Part shown: piece by piece, positions 38,008-52,437 of the stretch
Numbering within the stretch: the first letter of the stretch is position 1
Layout: the number at the start of each line of letters is the position of its first letter
From: Antedon mediterranea
Lineage: Eukaryota; Animalia; Echinodermata
Assembly (NCBI RefSeq): GCF_964355755.1
Contig: NC_092676.1
Location: 18,556,871 to 18,620,870 of the forward strand
DNA: 64,000 nt
Direction: 5' to 3'
Notes under the pieces: model-generated
Databases searched by the model: none
Seen by the model: the letters and a program-made list of their open reading frames with translations, nothing else
What the model was told of the DNA's origin: nothing
Program-made: the position numbers and the translations under genes

Positions 38008-39524
38008 GTAAGCTATTAAAGGAAAAACAGACAATCATAAACTAACTATTCAAGAACGGATAGGGGAGAACACAAATTGCATGCACTCCTCTTTGACAAC
38101 AAAAATAAAAAATTTTTCTAGATTAATTGATAAAGATAGTTAAGAATATGAAATTATCACTGTTCTCTTGAACCCTGCACCCTTCCAACTATGCTCACAT
38201 AGGAACCTTTCCCTTCCCTCCCCCTGTTTCAGAATTCTTAAAATGCCTCCTTGTAATTGACTTCAACAGTAAAAGCTTTACAAGTGTAAGTAGAATAATC
38301 ATGTTTTTAGGTCAAAACTAATTCTTCCGTGGCAATCACACTGTAGATAAGGAAATGTATTACACTCAAAACCATACAAGTAATTCATTTTCTTTTAATC
38401 ATCCACTATTAATTAATCGTTGTTATTGAAACAATCCATATTACAACAAATAACAAAATTCACAGCTAAATTTAAAAAAAAGTGTATAATGATGGACCTG
38501 TAGATGTGGGCCCAAAGATTTTCTTATTCACCTTGAATAATATACAATATCACGCAAAAAGTAATTGAAGATAATAATAAAAATTGAGTATTTTGTTCCC
38601 TTGAAAAATAATTTTTAATTTTTTTGTTGAATAATTATGCCATTTATTATCACATAGTAGAGTTTAGTTAAAGTTTAACCAAAAATTGAATTTAAGCAAA
38701 AAATAGTCAACTTGAAAGCCAGACAATGGCTTTTTGGTTAAATTTAACCGTTTATTTTATCTGTTTATTAGTAAAATTGTTATTTTTACTGTTTTTTAAC
38801 TTGATTAAAACACTAATTCAAATTCTGATTTTGTTAATCTTCATTTTCATGTTTTTTTTGTGGGGGACAATACATTTTGTGATAGAACTTTTAACATTAA
38901 GTAAAAGTAATAGTATACTGATTTAAAATTAACCAATCAAATAGTAAGGATATGGGTACTGGTAACATATGTAAAAATACATATGTAATTTATCGATAAA
39001 AAAACCAATTTAAATTTTTTAGTGGTCTCTAATTAGAGAGGGACATTTAATAGCATCATTCTTTAACTAGAGGAAGTCATGTATAATATTAATTAATTCA
39101 GTAGTTTAGTTTCATAACAATACAGCTGTAAATTACTATAACTATTTAGAAGTTTAGCTCTATTATTTATAAATATTTCCGGCCATTATGTTGGAATAAA
39201 GTGTGTTATTATGAAGAGAAACAAAGCTCAAGGAGGTCACAATCTCTATTGTCCATTGTGTCATTTAAATTAGTCTAGTTTTTCATTCAGTATACTGTAG
39301 TAGACAATTTGGGACATTTTGTACCTTAATGTATGTCCGTTTACAACCCTGTGAAGCTTCATAATAACTCTGATGAACTGTAAGTAATGATGGAAATTAT
39401 TCAATGAACTGGATATGTGTACTCTCTACTGTTGTATTTTGGCAGTGACACCATCATTTTTGTGATCTCGAACATTAATGCTCTAAATTTATGAAGTAAA
39501 GTTATTATAATTGATATTAATTAA

Positions 39525-39834
39525 AGATATATTGTCCCCTGAAAACATATTTGTTTAAAAATGCTTTTGTTGAATATGCAATATGTCACATCACTTATAC
39601 CAATATTACTATACAACACAATACAAAATAATACTATAATTTAAAGCAAAAAATGGTCAAATTAACTGGAAGTCAATGGGTTTTTAGTTAGAATTTAACC
39701 GTTTATTTTGTCTTTATTTAATATATATATTTTTTTTTTCTATGGAAGTGATTAACTTTATTAAAACTGCAAAATGGCTTATTCTATTTATTTTATCACT
39801 CTTCATTTTTCATGTTTTCGGGGTCAATACATCT
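39525..39834. mobile_element. Kolobok-like MITE (TTAA TSD, TIR AGATRTATTGWCCCC)
   Basis: TTAA-AGATATATTGTCCCCTGAAAACAT ... CATGTTTTCGGGGTCAATACATCT-TTAA; degraded copies at 38590-38876, 16605-17039, 12030-12138 and 7240-7285. Confidence 0.8.
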
Positions 39835-40468
39835 TTAATGCTACAAATACATATCCACTCCTGAATTTTGATGAGATTTAATAAAGGATTTTTTAAGAAC
39901 TTTAGAAAACTTTAGAAATTTGTCATGGAAGTACCGTAGTGGTACCAGGTGTCTTCCAAGTTAAATTTGTTGTTCATCCACCTTAATTTGATCAAAGAAT
40001 GTTATTTTAATCTTCTTAAGTGCTAAATGATAGTCCAAGCACCTAATAGTAACTACTTTAGTAGTAGTCTATTAGTAAAGGTTTATTCAATGTATAATTC
40101 AGTGACGGTCCACATCACCTTTACTAGGGCCAAGCAATAAATAGCATAATATAGCAGAACCCATTCGAAACCCAACAAAGTGTCACTTTAATAGGGGTTG
40201 GTTAAAACATCCCATTCTTCATTTCACATGGATGTTGCTCCTTAACAGGGTGTCCCCTAAGTTACAGTAGGAGTCTCCCAAAGTGTCCCTTTCAAAGGAT
40301 AACCACTTCGTCGAATCATAGGGTTACCAAATCCTGACAAATACCAGACGTGTTACCAAATACCAGCATTGCCAATTCAAGTGTTTGCGATGGTTGTTTG
40401 AGGCAATATCATTTTTAATAGTGCATTGGCAACTGCTATACTTATCATGCTCTTAATTTCTCCCACAG

Positions 40469-40561
40469 TTTGAGAAGCCCACCGTTGATGATTTGTTTTG
40501 TGATCTTCGTGATGGTAACCAATTGTTGAGTCTGCTAGAGGTCCTATGTCAGAAACAATTT
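40469..40561 (+). CDS. DMD: Dystrophin-family exon equivalent to DMD exon 3 (FEKPTVDDLFCDLRDGNQLLSLLEVLCQKQF)
   Basis: 93 nt, phase 0-0, cccacag|...|gtaagt; CH1 motif DLFxDLRDGxxLLxLLE. Confidence 0.96.
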
Positions 40562-41309
40562 GTAAGTTTAACAGAATTACTGCTGCTTTTTATTATTATT
40601 ATTATTATAATATTAGTTTGAAACCTCTACTTGAGCTTTAACAAGACTCCATGTTAATATAGAAGTGGGTTTTAAATGATGTAATGATACTAAGTTTTAT
40701 GGACATTAGCCATTTTAAAGTCAAATAAACAATTTGAAAGCCTAGTTCAATAACAGTAATATTTATTGTAATATAAAGTAAACTCCAAAAAGAAGCTAGG
40801 AAGTTATAATTACAGTTGAATCATAATTGATCCTTATCTTTATGTAGTTTGTTTTATAAAGTTTTTCTCTTTGATAAAATGGAAAAAATAGTAAATAAAT
40901 GAGACCAGTTAATTTTCATTGCATAATTTATTTTGTGTTCCTTTCCACCATGTTTCTAAGATATAACACGTGACTTTGAAAAGACAAAATAATTAAAAAA
41001 AATGTTTGTTTTAAATTGGTTTTTTTTAATCAAAAATTAAAATTTCTCCAAAGTTTACACATTTTACTTTGGTAAATTGATAGTGAATATCTAAATTCTT
41101 CTATATGATTATTTTAATTGTGAATATGGTTGTTTAATTAATGAATGATGATTTTTTATATTTTACATGGACTTTACCTTATTCGTTTTGATCCTTGTAT
41201 GCACCAATGCATTTTTGGCAGTGTTTTTAAATTGATTTCCAATAAATATTGTGTATACATATTGAATGATGTTGGCATACATTGTAACTGCTGCCCTCTA
41301 TCATTTCAG

Positions 41310-41387
41310 GCCAGAGAAAAAGGTCATATGAGAGTTCACCATCTTAATAATGTCAACAGAGCTCTACAGATTCTAGAAAGGAATAAT
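41310..41387 (+). CDS. DMD: Dystrophin-family exon equivalent to DMD exon 4 (AREKGHMRVHHLNNVNRALQILERNN)
   Basis: 78 nt, phase 0-0, tttcag|...|gtaagt; cf. human PKEKGSTRVHALNNVNKALRVLQNNN. Confidence 0.96.
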
Positions 41388-44298
41388 GTAAGTTGAAGTT
41401 CTCTCTTCTTAAATTGTCATTACTTGTTTGTTGTGCCTCATATTTATTTGTTTACTAACCATTCACCTTACAATAACAGTGAATAATGCATATAGTTTGT
41501 TATTCATTCAATGTACTAATAATCAATTTGTTATGTATTGTATTTTGTACACTCTTTGTATTTAAATCCTCACATGGAATATTTTAAAGCTTGTTTTCCA
41601 CTAGGTAAATTTATTCTCGCAAATTCCATAGAGCTGATTGGCTGCCTGTTCTTTTTACGTCACAAATAAACTGGTAGATGGCAATGTGAATGCATGTGGC
41701 TTAAACGGCAAATTGAATTCTCGAAAAATGGATTCGCAAAGTCACAAGTGAAAATTGTATGTCGTGATGTAAAGTTTGTCTTTACTTGACTACGGTATTG
41801 ATAATAGTAAAGTCATTATATTTATTTAGCACTACGTAGAGCACCATGTTTGATTAATACGTATACTTATTTAGTATCTTTATTTAAAATAGTTTATTTT
41901 TATACAGATTTCTTTTTATTAAACTTAAAAGATTGGTTCATTCATCGGTCAATTACATCAGACAGAGATAGTTGAATAGTCACTGTTTTAAGCGAGTTAT
42001 TGAGATTATAGTGACTTAAACTTTTTTTGCAACAAGGTTCGAGCAGATGTTTAGTTTGTATTTTTGTATTCCAACAAATTCGTAGTGCTTGTTCATAGAT
42101 TTGGCCTTCTTTATCTACCGGAAACCATGTTTATTTAATGTGAATGCCATTTAGTGAAGTATGCCACTGATATAATTTATGAACACCAGTAACATACAAA
42201 TAATGTGAGTGCGTGGTAGGAAATTCTCATTGAATTGTAACATTACGTTTGAACATATAACGAAATTTCACTTGATATAATGAAATTGCACTCGCATAAC
42301 AAAATTTCACTCGTGTATATAACAAAAGGGTTCAGGAGTAGTTTATTGAATATCATATGATCCACAATCCTCCAATCAAATAACAAGAATCTACTCGGGT
42401 TTGTTATGACTTATTTCACTTTCAAAATTTGTTCTTATTTGTTTTATTGTATAATTTATAAATATTCTGAATCCTAACATTTTCTTGCAATCTGAAGGAT
42501 GTTTCGGCTATATATATTTCATCAGAAATACGACAAAAATACACCCATAGTGTTATTAACGACTATATTATGGTTAAAATTGCCCATGAATAGTAGCTAA
42601 ATTAGGGTTTAGATGGACAAGTGGATGAATGAGAGATTAAGGCGGATGTAATGATGGATTAGAAGTAGTAGTTTAGAGTAAAGTAGTATGACTTTAAATA
42701 GCAATGGTTGTACGGTATGTGATTTAATAAGTTGAGACTGGAGAACTTATTCCATGATAACTTTAAATAATACTTACGCATTAGGGTGTGTGGCATATTG
42801 TAACTGTAGTATAAAATTACATGGTGTCACTTCATTGCTTTCTCCCGCTTCCGCCACCCCGGCTATTTCACGGTAGCTATGTCGGTCTAGATTTTGTTGT
42901 CTAGGTACAGTAGGATCGCAGTAAAAAATTCCTGTACTATGGTACAGAGATTTAAAAAAATTGCTAATTTTTAGTTGTTTAAATTATACAGTAACTACAG
43001 TAGTACAATGCCCTAATACATGGAATTAAAAGAATGTGCCCTTGTTCTGGATTTAATTAAATAAAAACATCATCAGCTTATGTCTGGTATCTCAAGCCCC
43101 ATTACTCATTTCACAATTAATCAGTTTGTTAAACAGGTTTTAATTTTTGTATAATGCATCGCATCATGCTTGTTTCTACTGTAGGATGATAAATAAAGTC
43201 ATAAAAATGTATTATTTACCCAGATAATTACAATAAAATCCTCAACTTAGCATTCTCTTCTAATAGCTTAGTAGTGCGTGGTGAATCATGGTTTCAGTGG
43301 AATTTCGTTCTGTTAACTGCCAGATAAGCAATGTAATGATATCATGCTTGCGAAACGTGTACTGTACTGTAGCAACAGATGTATTCAAACAAACATAAAG
43401 TAATTATTTATTATTTATTTGAAATAAATACCTTAATTACAATAAAGAACATACAGTACAATGGATATTAATTTTGAACTGTTAAAAATGGAAGAATATT
43501 TGTGAAATTCTCCTTTAATTAATGGCTATATACAAAAGTGCAATAGTTGATTCATGATATGTCTCTTTTTTTAATTTAAAAAAAAAATATACTCATTTTA
43601 GTAAAAAAAGAGAAACTTATGTATATAAATTTGAACTGAACAGGAATGTTGTAAAAATGTAAAAAAAATAAGCTTTTCTATTAATGACTATTGTAGAAAA
43701 GTGCAATAGTTGAAACTTATATTTTAAAAATAATTTAGGATTTCTTATGAAATATAATTTAACTGTATTTATAATAATTTTGTAGTTTACAATACAATTT
43801 TATTTATTTTCAAATTTTAGTTTTCAGTAAATTATACTAATGTTTAAAAATTCAAAATTAAAGTTGTAAAGAAGATAATAATTTTGTTTTTCTGAAAGTG
43901 TAGGAGGAGGAGGATATTATGTAAAAACTACATTGAAAGAAGGGATGTCAGAGTTCCTCATGACTATTCATAAGGGACCACCTCAGCATATCACCTTACC
44001 AGTATCGTTAGGTTCTTATTAAAATCTAGATTAAATCACTTCCGCACGTTGATGATTACGTACTGTGACTTGTATGCAAGCACCTTACATCTTACATGTT
44101 GCTTTTTTAGTTTGTATACAGAAAAACAATAATCAAAAAGGTGAAAATAATAAATTAACAGTCGAGATCAAAATGAACGTCTGCAGGTTAAGAAAGTGCG
44201 TTCGTATATTTCCGAGTATAATCAAAAAGACTTTGGTAAACCAATTATTGTAATCCATGTATAATTTCACCCTCTAATTTGGCCAAATTTTCTTTCAA

Positions 44299-44415
44299 GG
44301 CGTGACTGAGTGGTTTAAATAGTGAATAAAATAGTGAAACCATATTCCATAATATTGGCAAGGGTTTGAGGCTCACTCACACATTGTTCTGATGGTAAAA
44401 CAAGTCTTCTCATTA
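44299..44415 (+). mobile_element. 5' fragment of the Deu-SINE family
   Basis: Degraded head ..CATAATATTGGCAAGGGTTTGAGGCTCACTCAC..GTTCTGATGGTAAAACAAGTCTTCTC. Confidence 0.6.
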
Positions 44416-45404
44416 AACTGTAATAATAGTAAAAATGTTTTTAATTCTGGAAGCAGTGCATAGTTTTTGAATTGTACAAGTATGTGATTCTGTTTCTGCC
44501 TCAACACATTTTAAACTTAAAACAAGAGTCTTGTGTGACTAAATGCTTTTAAATTTACTATTATTGATAAAAACAAAAAGACTGTTTTTCACTTCTGTCT
44601 GTACAGTTTTAATAAATTACCAAACTCACATTTTATTTTGACAAAAACAGTAAGCAATGCTTAGACGCGAGGAATGCATGTCTCTAACCAACATTTTGTG
44701 AATATGGTGGTCACTAAACTGGCTAAAGTTTAATATAATAGCATGTTATATGCATAGTAGTTGTAATCTTGATGTCGGTCGGCATGATAAAAAATAACAT
44801 TTTATCATTCTATATGCACAAATTTGCTTTCATCTAATATAAAAAACATACTATAGGTATTTGAGTACATTCCAAAACAGTAAATATTTTGTTTATAAAC
44901 ACAAACATAATGAGAAAAAAATACCTGAACGCCATTAGATGCCAATAAGTAGCTAATTTCAAAGACTCTCTAGAGACATATAGAAAGAAAAATATGTGGT
45001 TGTAAAATTTAAGTAATGTTTTTGTTGTTGTTGGTACTGAATGTGCAAATATTGTAAATGACATAATAATTATAGTCAAAATGCACTGCAAAACAAAACA
45101 TGATTTCTTTCACTATTTTAATGTGCGGCTGAGGAATAAATGTTGTATGTCAGTTGTATCATTGTGGCATAATACCACTGAATATTGTCAAATACCGTAA
45201 ACGGTGCATCAAATACGAGACACAGTTAAATAAGCTGTGCAGTCTAAGTAATAACATTCACAGGCAAATTAGCGGTTCAGTCAAATAAATGGTGGAGTAC
45301 ACAGTTAATAAGCGGTGCCATCAAATACAAAACGAAGTCAAATAAGTGGCACAGTATAATTTAAGTAAAATTGTTCCACTTTTTGTTCATTCTTCTCCCC
45401 TAAG

Positions 45405-45672
45405 GGTCACGTCATGTCAGCTCTCTCATCTGTCCACCACACAGTGACTGTGGATGAACTAGTACACGAGGGTAACCCTCTACTCATCTTAAAAAGATGT
45501 ACTAGCTTCTTTTAAAGTGCACACAAGCATGTGCACTAGACCTACAGTACGATTTTATAGTCCTTATTTCAGAAAACTTGTTCAACCACCAGAACCATGG
45601 AGCGAGTAAATCTCGAACCCTTGCCGATGTTATAGCTATAGATACGGTTCCACTGTCTTAACCGCTCAGACA
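45405..45672 (-). mobile_element. Deu-SINE copy (minus strand)
   Basis: Reverse complement matches the head and core of the 36902 copy; inserted within degenerate AAATAAGCGGTGCAGTC-like repeats (45190-45360, 45672-45720). Confidence 0.8.
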
Positions 45673-48600
45673 ATAAACGGTGCAATCATATAAGAGGCGC
45701 AATGAAATAAGCAATACAATAATCTGCATAGATTACAAATAAGTAAACACTAAAATGTTTCAACAGAAATATTAAAAAAAATAAGTAGCACATTCTTCAT
45801 CTGGCCTTTAGCAACCATCAATAAAAATGCTTTTGTTATTGTGGGACGATTTTTACTGTTATCTAGACAATGCAGGTTCAGATGTAAGATGATGTAAAGT
45901 AAAACTGATGCTGCAATGTTAGCTACTCTGCATTGATAATTGAAGGTATGGTCGTTAAGAAGGTAAGAGGCAAGATAGCAAAGAATTCCTTGATTAATCA
46001 CCAACTTAAAGGAAAAATAATTAGGGTTAAAGGTTGTCCAGCCAGTATGTATTTTTGGTGTTAACCTTTTTGTAAAATGTTATGAGGTTGTTATTATAAT
46101 GGGATAGATATTATATTGCTTACGGCAGTTACAGTGATGATAAAATGCATGGTATGATATCATTTATTGTTGTTAAGGTAACATGTAGTTGCTATGGTGA
46201 TATATGTAGTAATACAGATATAAAATTAAATGGAGAAATAAGCATTTTGCACAATAAAAATATTTATTATAGTAATCATAATTCAGGTTTGTATGATAAA
46301 ATTAGCATTCAGCTTTAAAAGACCAATTATTTTCATTGTCCATATATTTAGTTCATAATAAAAAAAGCATTTTAACTAGTCATTAAACTGTTCGAAATAA
46401 ATACTGCAAATTAAATAGGTAAAACAATTAATTATGACAATAATACATTTTCAGTGCTAGATTTTGGGGTTTTTTGTGGGTGGGGTGAGGTGGCTGTATT
46501 TAGTTAAATTATCTTTTAAACCCATTATACCTACATAGGTACATCCCTTTCCTTCGTGTTTTGTAACTTTTCCCTACCATAATAATCAAATTTAAATAAA
46601 CAAACTTTTTAATTTATTTAATTTCTAATCTTGAATTTTATAGTTCTTCATAGTAAAGTTAATATTATTAATTTTTTGTGGTTATAGCTGCACCCTCACC
46701 CCTGTCAACTTTCTGGATTTGCCTTTCATTATGTTAGAATTAGAAAATGAACTTTATTGTATTGAAGAGAAGTATCATTAGTACGTCTTAAGCATCGTCA
46801 TTGTTGATCATGTAGGAAAATAAAATTAGTGATTATGAAGGCTACTTTAGACGTGAAGAAGACGACAATATACACACTATTTACATCAGCAAAATATGCA
46901 TGATCAGTACTTGGATGTGAAGAAGACAATGTGTGCCCTTCAACATGATATATTATTTTATTGTACTGTATGTATACAAGACGTGATTGCTTTTCTTGTT
47001 TGTGTTGTTGATTATAATGCTGTAGACACGTTAGATTTGTTTACGTACAGTACAGTACATTACAGACTTTATTGAAATTACAGGTAATTATATTTCTAAT
47101 TGTGAACTGTAATATCATTTATTGTTCTTTATAACTATGCTGTATTTATAGTACTCTACATCAGTCTATCAGTTTATTGAAAGTGTTGACATATTGCGTA
47201 TTGATTATTCTCATTTTTCATCAACTTTTTGTGAGGCGTAAAATGGAATTCTGGAATGTTTCATTTGCATAAATAATATTCGCTAGTGGAAAACAGGCTT
47301 TGCATATCTATCATACTTTGTCTAAATAGTAATAATATATTATACTCTTTATTTAAAATAACCAATAAAAATTTGTTAATTCATAGTTTTCAAATTCACT
47401 TTTCTACATTGCAAGATGATTTTGTAAACAATTGTCGTGTTATGATGTCATACGTCTACTCGTACTCATGTCAGAGAGTGAACTGCAAAATTCCACTGAA
47501 CACGTTCTCAAATTTGGCAGTAGAAGTGTCAGACGTGAAAATCTAAAAGTCCCTACTGTATAATACATTTTGAGACTGAAACTAGAGAAAAATGAGCAAA
47601 ATATTGATACCCTACTGGTTCTATTGTGATGTTTTATTAATTTTTTTTTTATTATGGAGTACTGCAACTGATTAATCTTAACTTATCATATACTATCGTA
47701 TAATGATAATTTCAAACACTTGACTAGACTAGCTGATTCCAACGATGAAATCTAAAACTAATGAGCCGATTTCAAAGAAGCAGAATGAGAAAATTTCTTT
47801 CTTATCCGGAGGTGCTTGTTGATTTGGATAAAGATTCAAAAACATAGCAGTGTTCTATAAATAAACTAGTGAAATGATCAAAGCTATTAAAGATATTAAA
47901 TATTAGGTAACGTTGTGTTGTTAGAGCTAAGTATTATATCATACTGTATGTATTATAAAATGTCAAATTTTGACCAATCATTTTTTGTATTGTTTGTTTA
48001 GTAATTCTGTGACATTGTATATTAAATGAAATAAATGTTTGGGAATAAAATTAAAGTTCAGAAACGTCAACAAAATTTAAATAACTGGTTGCATGGGGTT
48101 CATGAAAAATGTCCAGTCAACTGCATCATTAAAATTAAATTTAGATTAATAAAATCAGATTTTGAATAAGCCATTTTGTAGTTTTAATAAAGTTAATCGC
48201 TGCCAAGGAAGAGAAAAACTTTACCAAAAATAAAACTATTTATTTGTTAAACATTTCAAGATGTTTTTTTTACATTATTACTTGTTTTTTTTAGGTGTAC
48301 TATATGCATGTCCATTAAAAATTGTTTAATTAAATCATTTAATTAATTGATTTTTGTGTTAATAATTTGTGTTTCTCTTTTTTAAAATGTTTTATTCACA
48401 GATAATATTTAATTTGTATTTGTTTTTTGTTAATAATTTTGTCATGTTTAAAATGTTTATTATTTTGTCATATTATACAGTAAAGTCTATAAAAATTCAA
48501 CATTATTGGATAGAATACCTCCATAAAATAAACATGTTCCATTTTAGAAAAATTTACTATAATAAATAAAGGACGTTTTTGTCTACCACAATGAATCAAT

Positions 48601-48841
48601 GACTAGAATGATCATTTCATGGATTTTGACCAAATTTATAGAATTTTATTTTTAGGCCCATTGTATCAATCAGCAGTACAATAAATATAACGATAATCAA
48701 TGTTTTACAGACAAATATAATTTTATATTTCAATTCAATTTGGGCGAAATCCATGATTGTGGCGATTTAAATCAGATCATCATTTTGATTTGCGGGGGAA
48801 TTATTCTAGTCTCATTCATTTTTATAAATGAGATGGTCTTA

Positions 48842-48964
48842 AGCTCTGCCTACACTATCAAACTAGTTTGACAAAATGTGATATGAAATATGATGGTGAT
48901 GTCATCGTTTCCATATCGGGGCACATCACATTTTTGTTGTCACAAAAGTTTGATAGTGTTAGCT
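48842..48964. mobile_element. Harbinger-type MITE copy
   Basis: Same family as 14376, flanked by a TTA/TTA target-site duplication. Confidence 0.8.
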
Positions 48965-49265
48965 TTAGTAGAATTATAACTGTGATTTATTTTAGAAAAC
49001 AATAATATTATTACCATTTTACTAACCATGTTTTTTTTTACTTTCATGTTCCTAAGCTTACAAGTATGTTTTTTCATCTGCACTGTCATTATATGATTGA
49101 TGTTGGCCAATTTTACTTCATTGTGTTGTTGTCGTTGTTATCGTTGTTCACTTGATAATTTTAACCAGTTTCCATCTAACCAGCTTATTATCTTAACTTC
49201 TTAATTAAAATCCAACATCATCATATCATGATTACATACTTACTTAAAATAACCTAAGTATAAGA

Positions 49266-49505
49266 TAAGAAACCGGTTTTGAATAAAGACGGTCAGAATG
49301 GCAGTGTTTATACTTGAGTAATATGCTAGGAAAGTGCCTGACCGCTCTGGTTTGCACACATTTACCCATCACATCGATACTCTTGCAACATGCCTGGCGT
49401 AGGATTTTGCAGGCATTGTTTAGACTTTAGCTAGGTGAGATATGCCTGGAGAGATATGCCTGGAGAGTTGCCTACGTATGTCTTTATTTGGAACCCGTTT
49501 CTTAT
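49266..49505. mobile_element. MITE with ~25-bp TIRs
   Basis: ATAAGAAACCGGTTTTGAATAAAGAC ... GTCTTTATTTGGAACCCGTTTCTTAT. Confidence 0.65.
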
Positions 49506-50397
49506 GTTATTAACATTTCACAATACATTTTGTTTCAATATACGAATGTAGTATCATAGTTTCACTAACATTAATTCAGCAAAAATACATAAAAAAAATT
49601 GTGGCATGCCTTAAATCTTTCAATCATAATAATCATCACTCACTTTGTGGAAAAATTGATTACAAGTTCTAATGTTGAATAGAAAATGTCAGTATTTTTT
49701 TTACGCATCACGTCAACACACGCATCACGTCAAAATATGCATCACGTCAACATATCAATACTGTATATCATATATTCGATAGTTTATAGCTAAAGGTAAT
49801 ATTCTTCACAATGGGAATTTCTTGGTGTGGGCCGTAGATTGATTAAAAAAATATAATTTACTGTGTTTTGTACCAGAAGATTCCTATAAATTTATGCCAA
49901 ATCATATTTTTGCTTGAATCATATCCAATTCCGAACATATGTAATTGTGGCCAAATGTTAATGTTAACCCTATAACCATTATCAGAATAGAAATAAATTA
50001 TCAAAGATACAGGTTGGAAGAAAAAAATAGGAAAATTCTGTAATATATTGTCACACATGTGACCACTGTACCAATTGCCAAGCATACAGTACATAGAGTC
50101 GGGTGAAAAGGATTACTTCAACCTTTAGGTGCTTTGCTCTGAATTATTTATTATTTTTTTCGCGTACGTAGTAATCCATAATGACTGAGAGAGGCTATAT
50201 ATATATATACCATCGTTACTATCTCCTCCATACATAGTAATCCAACTCGCATGACATATATGTAATCATTGTTGATCTTCAATCAACATATAATTGCAAT
50301 GATGTAGCTACGAAAAGCTAATGGTGAATGATTTATTTAAACAGTGCATTAATTGGTTCTTGAGACTAGGTTAAAGGCCATTTAACCGGAAAATTCA

Positions 50398-51030
50398 GGC
50401 TAGATATTAACCATCAACCTTTGTACATATGACATAAAACATTAATAAAAGTCTCATGAATTAATTACAATAAAACATACAAAAGTATAGAAGTAGTGCT
50501 ATTGTCGTTATCATAATATACAGTACATGTATTTCACAATAAATTACCAACATTTAGGCTTGCTAGATATTAACCATGTCAATCTCTGTATGTATTACAT
50601 AAACATTAATAACATTTTCATGAATTAATTAAACATACAGGTACAAAGTATACTGTAGTGCTATTGTCATCAATATACCTTACATTCATAATTTACTTTA
50701 ACAACATTTAAGGGAGATGTTAACCATATCATCCTCTTTACATATTACATAAAACATTCATAAAATTGTCATGAATTATTAAATTAAAATATACAAAAGT
50801 ATAGAAGTAGTTATCATAATATAGGCCTACAGTATTTCATTATACATTACCAAAATTTAAGCTTAATACTAACCATGTCAACCTCTAATATTACATAAAA
50901 CATTAAAATAATTGTCATGAATTAATTAAAACACTGTATACTGTGCACTGTGATCAAAATGTAATTATATAATATACATTACTTCATAAAATACAGTATT
51001 TACTAAAATGTACTAGATATTAACTTATTT
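50398..51030. repeat. Degenerate tandem repeat, ~155-bp unit x~4
   Basis: CTAGATATTAACCAT..ACATAAAACATT..TCATGAATTAATT recurs at ~50400, 50563, 50715, 50865 and 51013. Confidence 0.85.
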
Positions 51031-51944
51031 CTGTGTGTGTACGTATGTGATTAAAACATGCATTTAAAAGTTGAGTTACAGTATCATCCTAATCATCCTA
51101 CAGTATTTCATAGCTACACAACCTCTGTACCTATGTACATTCTGTTTTGATATTGTCGCAGAATCAAACAATGCATTTAAAAATAGAGTTATCAATGTAA
51201 TCATATTTATTTCATAATATTTACTAACCATAGCAAAAAATGAATGCTCTGTATTTTAAGCCATGGCTCATATCATATTTCCGATAGGTTAAATATTTGA
51301 ATACTGCTCATTCTTTTTTTTTAGGCCTGGTGTTTTTCCAAATTCTTCACTGCTACATGTAGTATCTGCCTATTTTACCCACCCTAGAAAGACTCTAGAA
51401 ATATCTTGGATTAAATACACTCACTGATTCATTTAATCAATCATCTTCTCCTAATCATTTTCAATTACTTATTGTCGTAGTATTAATTTATTCATTCAAT
51501 CACTTACCACTTTACTCTCAATTCTATTTTCGAAATAATTTAAAGATGACATACAACATTGATGAAAGTTAGCTTGCTACTATACTATATCACTCGCACA
51601 CTCTGATACTAATTATTTTATTCATTGAATCACAAACTTACATTTTCCTTTGACCCATAGAATGTGAAAAAAAATTAATTTCAGTAAAATGACAAAAATG
51701 ATCACCTATAATTCGTCAAAGTGACGAATTAAATTCTAGTTTCAGATTGCATTATTTTTAAGAATTTAAGAATAACAATTTTATTCTTCACAAAATGACT
51801 CAAAAGCAAATCAAGGTCTCACCTAAATCTCTGTCTACACTATCGAACTAGTTTGACAAAAAAAGTGCCCAAATATGGTAGTGATATGCTTAAATATGGA
51901 AGTAATATGCCATCATCATGTCCATATATGGGCACATCACAAAA

Positions 51945-52190
51945 TTAACAGTATATGATTAAAATAAGAGGAGCAACATTCCAAAAAAGCGAAGCTTGTA
52001 TAGGGCAGCCCATAAAAACTGAAAAAAAAAAAAAACAGGACAACACAGGAATCGGAAAAAGGACAAAAACAGTAATGAAGACTTTTAGTTTCAGAGTACC
52101 GAAAAATGCTAAATATAAGAGTACAATATTACAGTAGTAAACACATTTACAGCCTATTTTCAATCAAATATTTCCAATTAATTATTATAA
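51945..52190 (-). mobile_element. LINE (L2/CR1 group) 3' UTR fragment
   Basis: Minus-strand tail stem-loop GGGCTGCCCTATACAAGCTTCGCTTTTTTGGAATGTTGCTCC; adjoins a truncated Harbinger MITE. Confidence 0.5.
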
Positions 52191-52437
52191 TATTCTGTCG
52201 TTTTCACTCATTACATAATGAATAGAGAATCAATTATAGATGTCTTAGTTCAAGGATTTTAATATAAACACTATTGAAGAAAGCCAACATAACTTTGGAA
52301 TACCATCAATCACTGCTGATTAACCTGCATGCTTGTTTATTATACAAAGCTAAACTTTATTTCCATAATGAAGATGTTAGACATATCTCAATTATTACTA
52401 GCGCACCATATAATATCTAGTAGAATTGCAATGAACC

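Noticed and set aside
41145-41396. 83-aa ORF as a standalone gene
   Set aside because: Only 41310-41387 is coding (dystrophin exon 4); the rest is intron read-through.
42491-42525. Hammerhead-like CTGATGA...GAAAC on the minus strand
   Set aside because: Stem II and stem III do not pair; at best a heavily decayed remnant.
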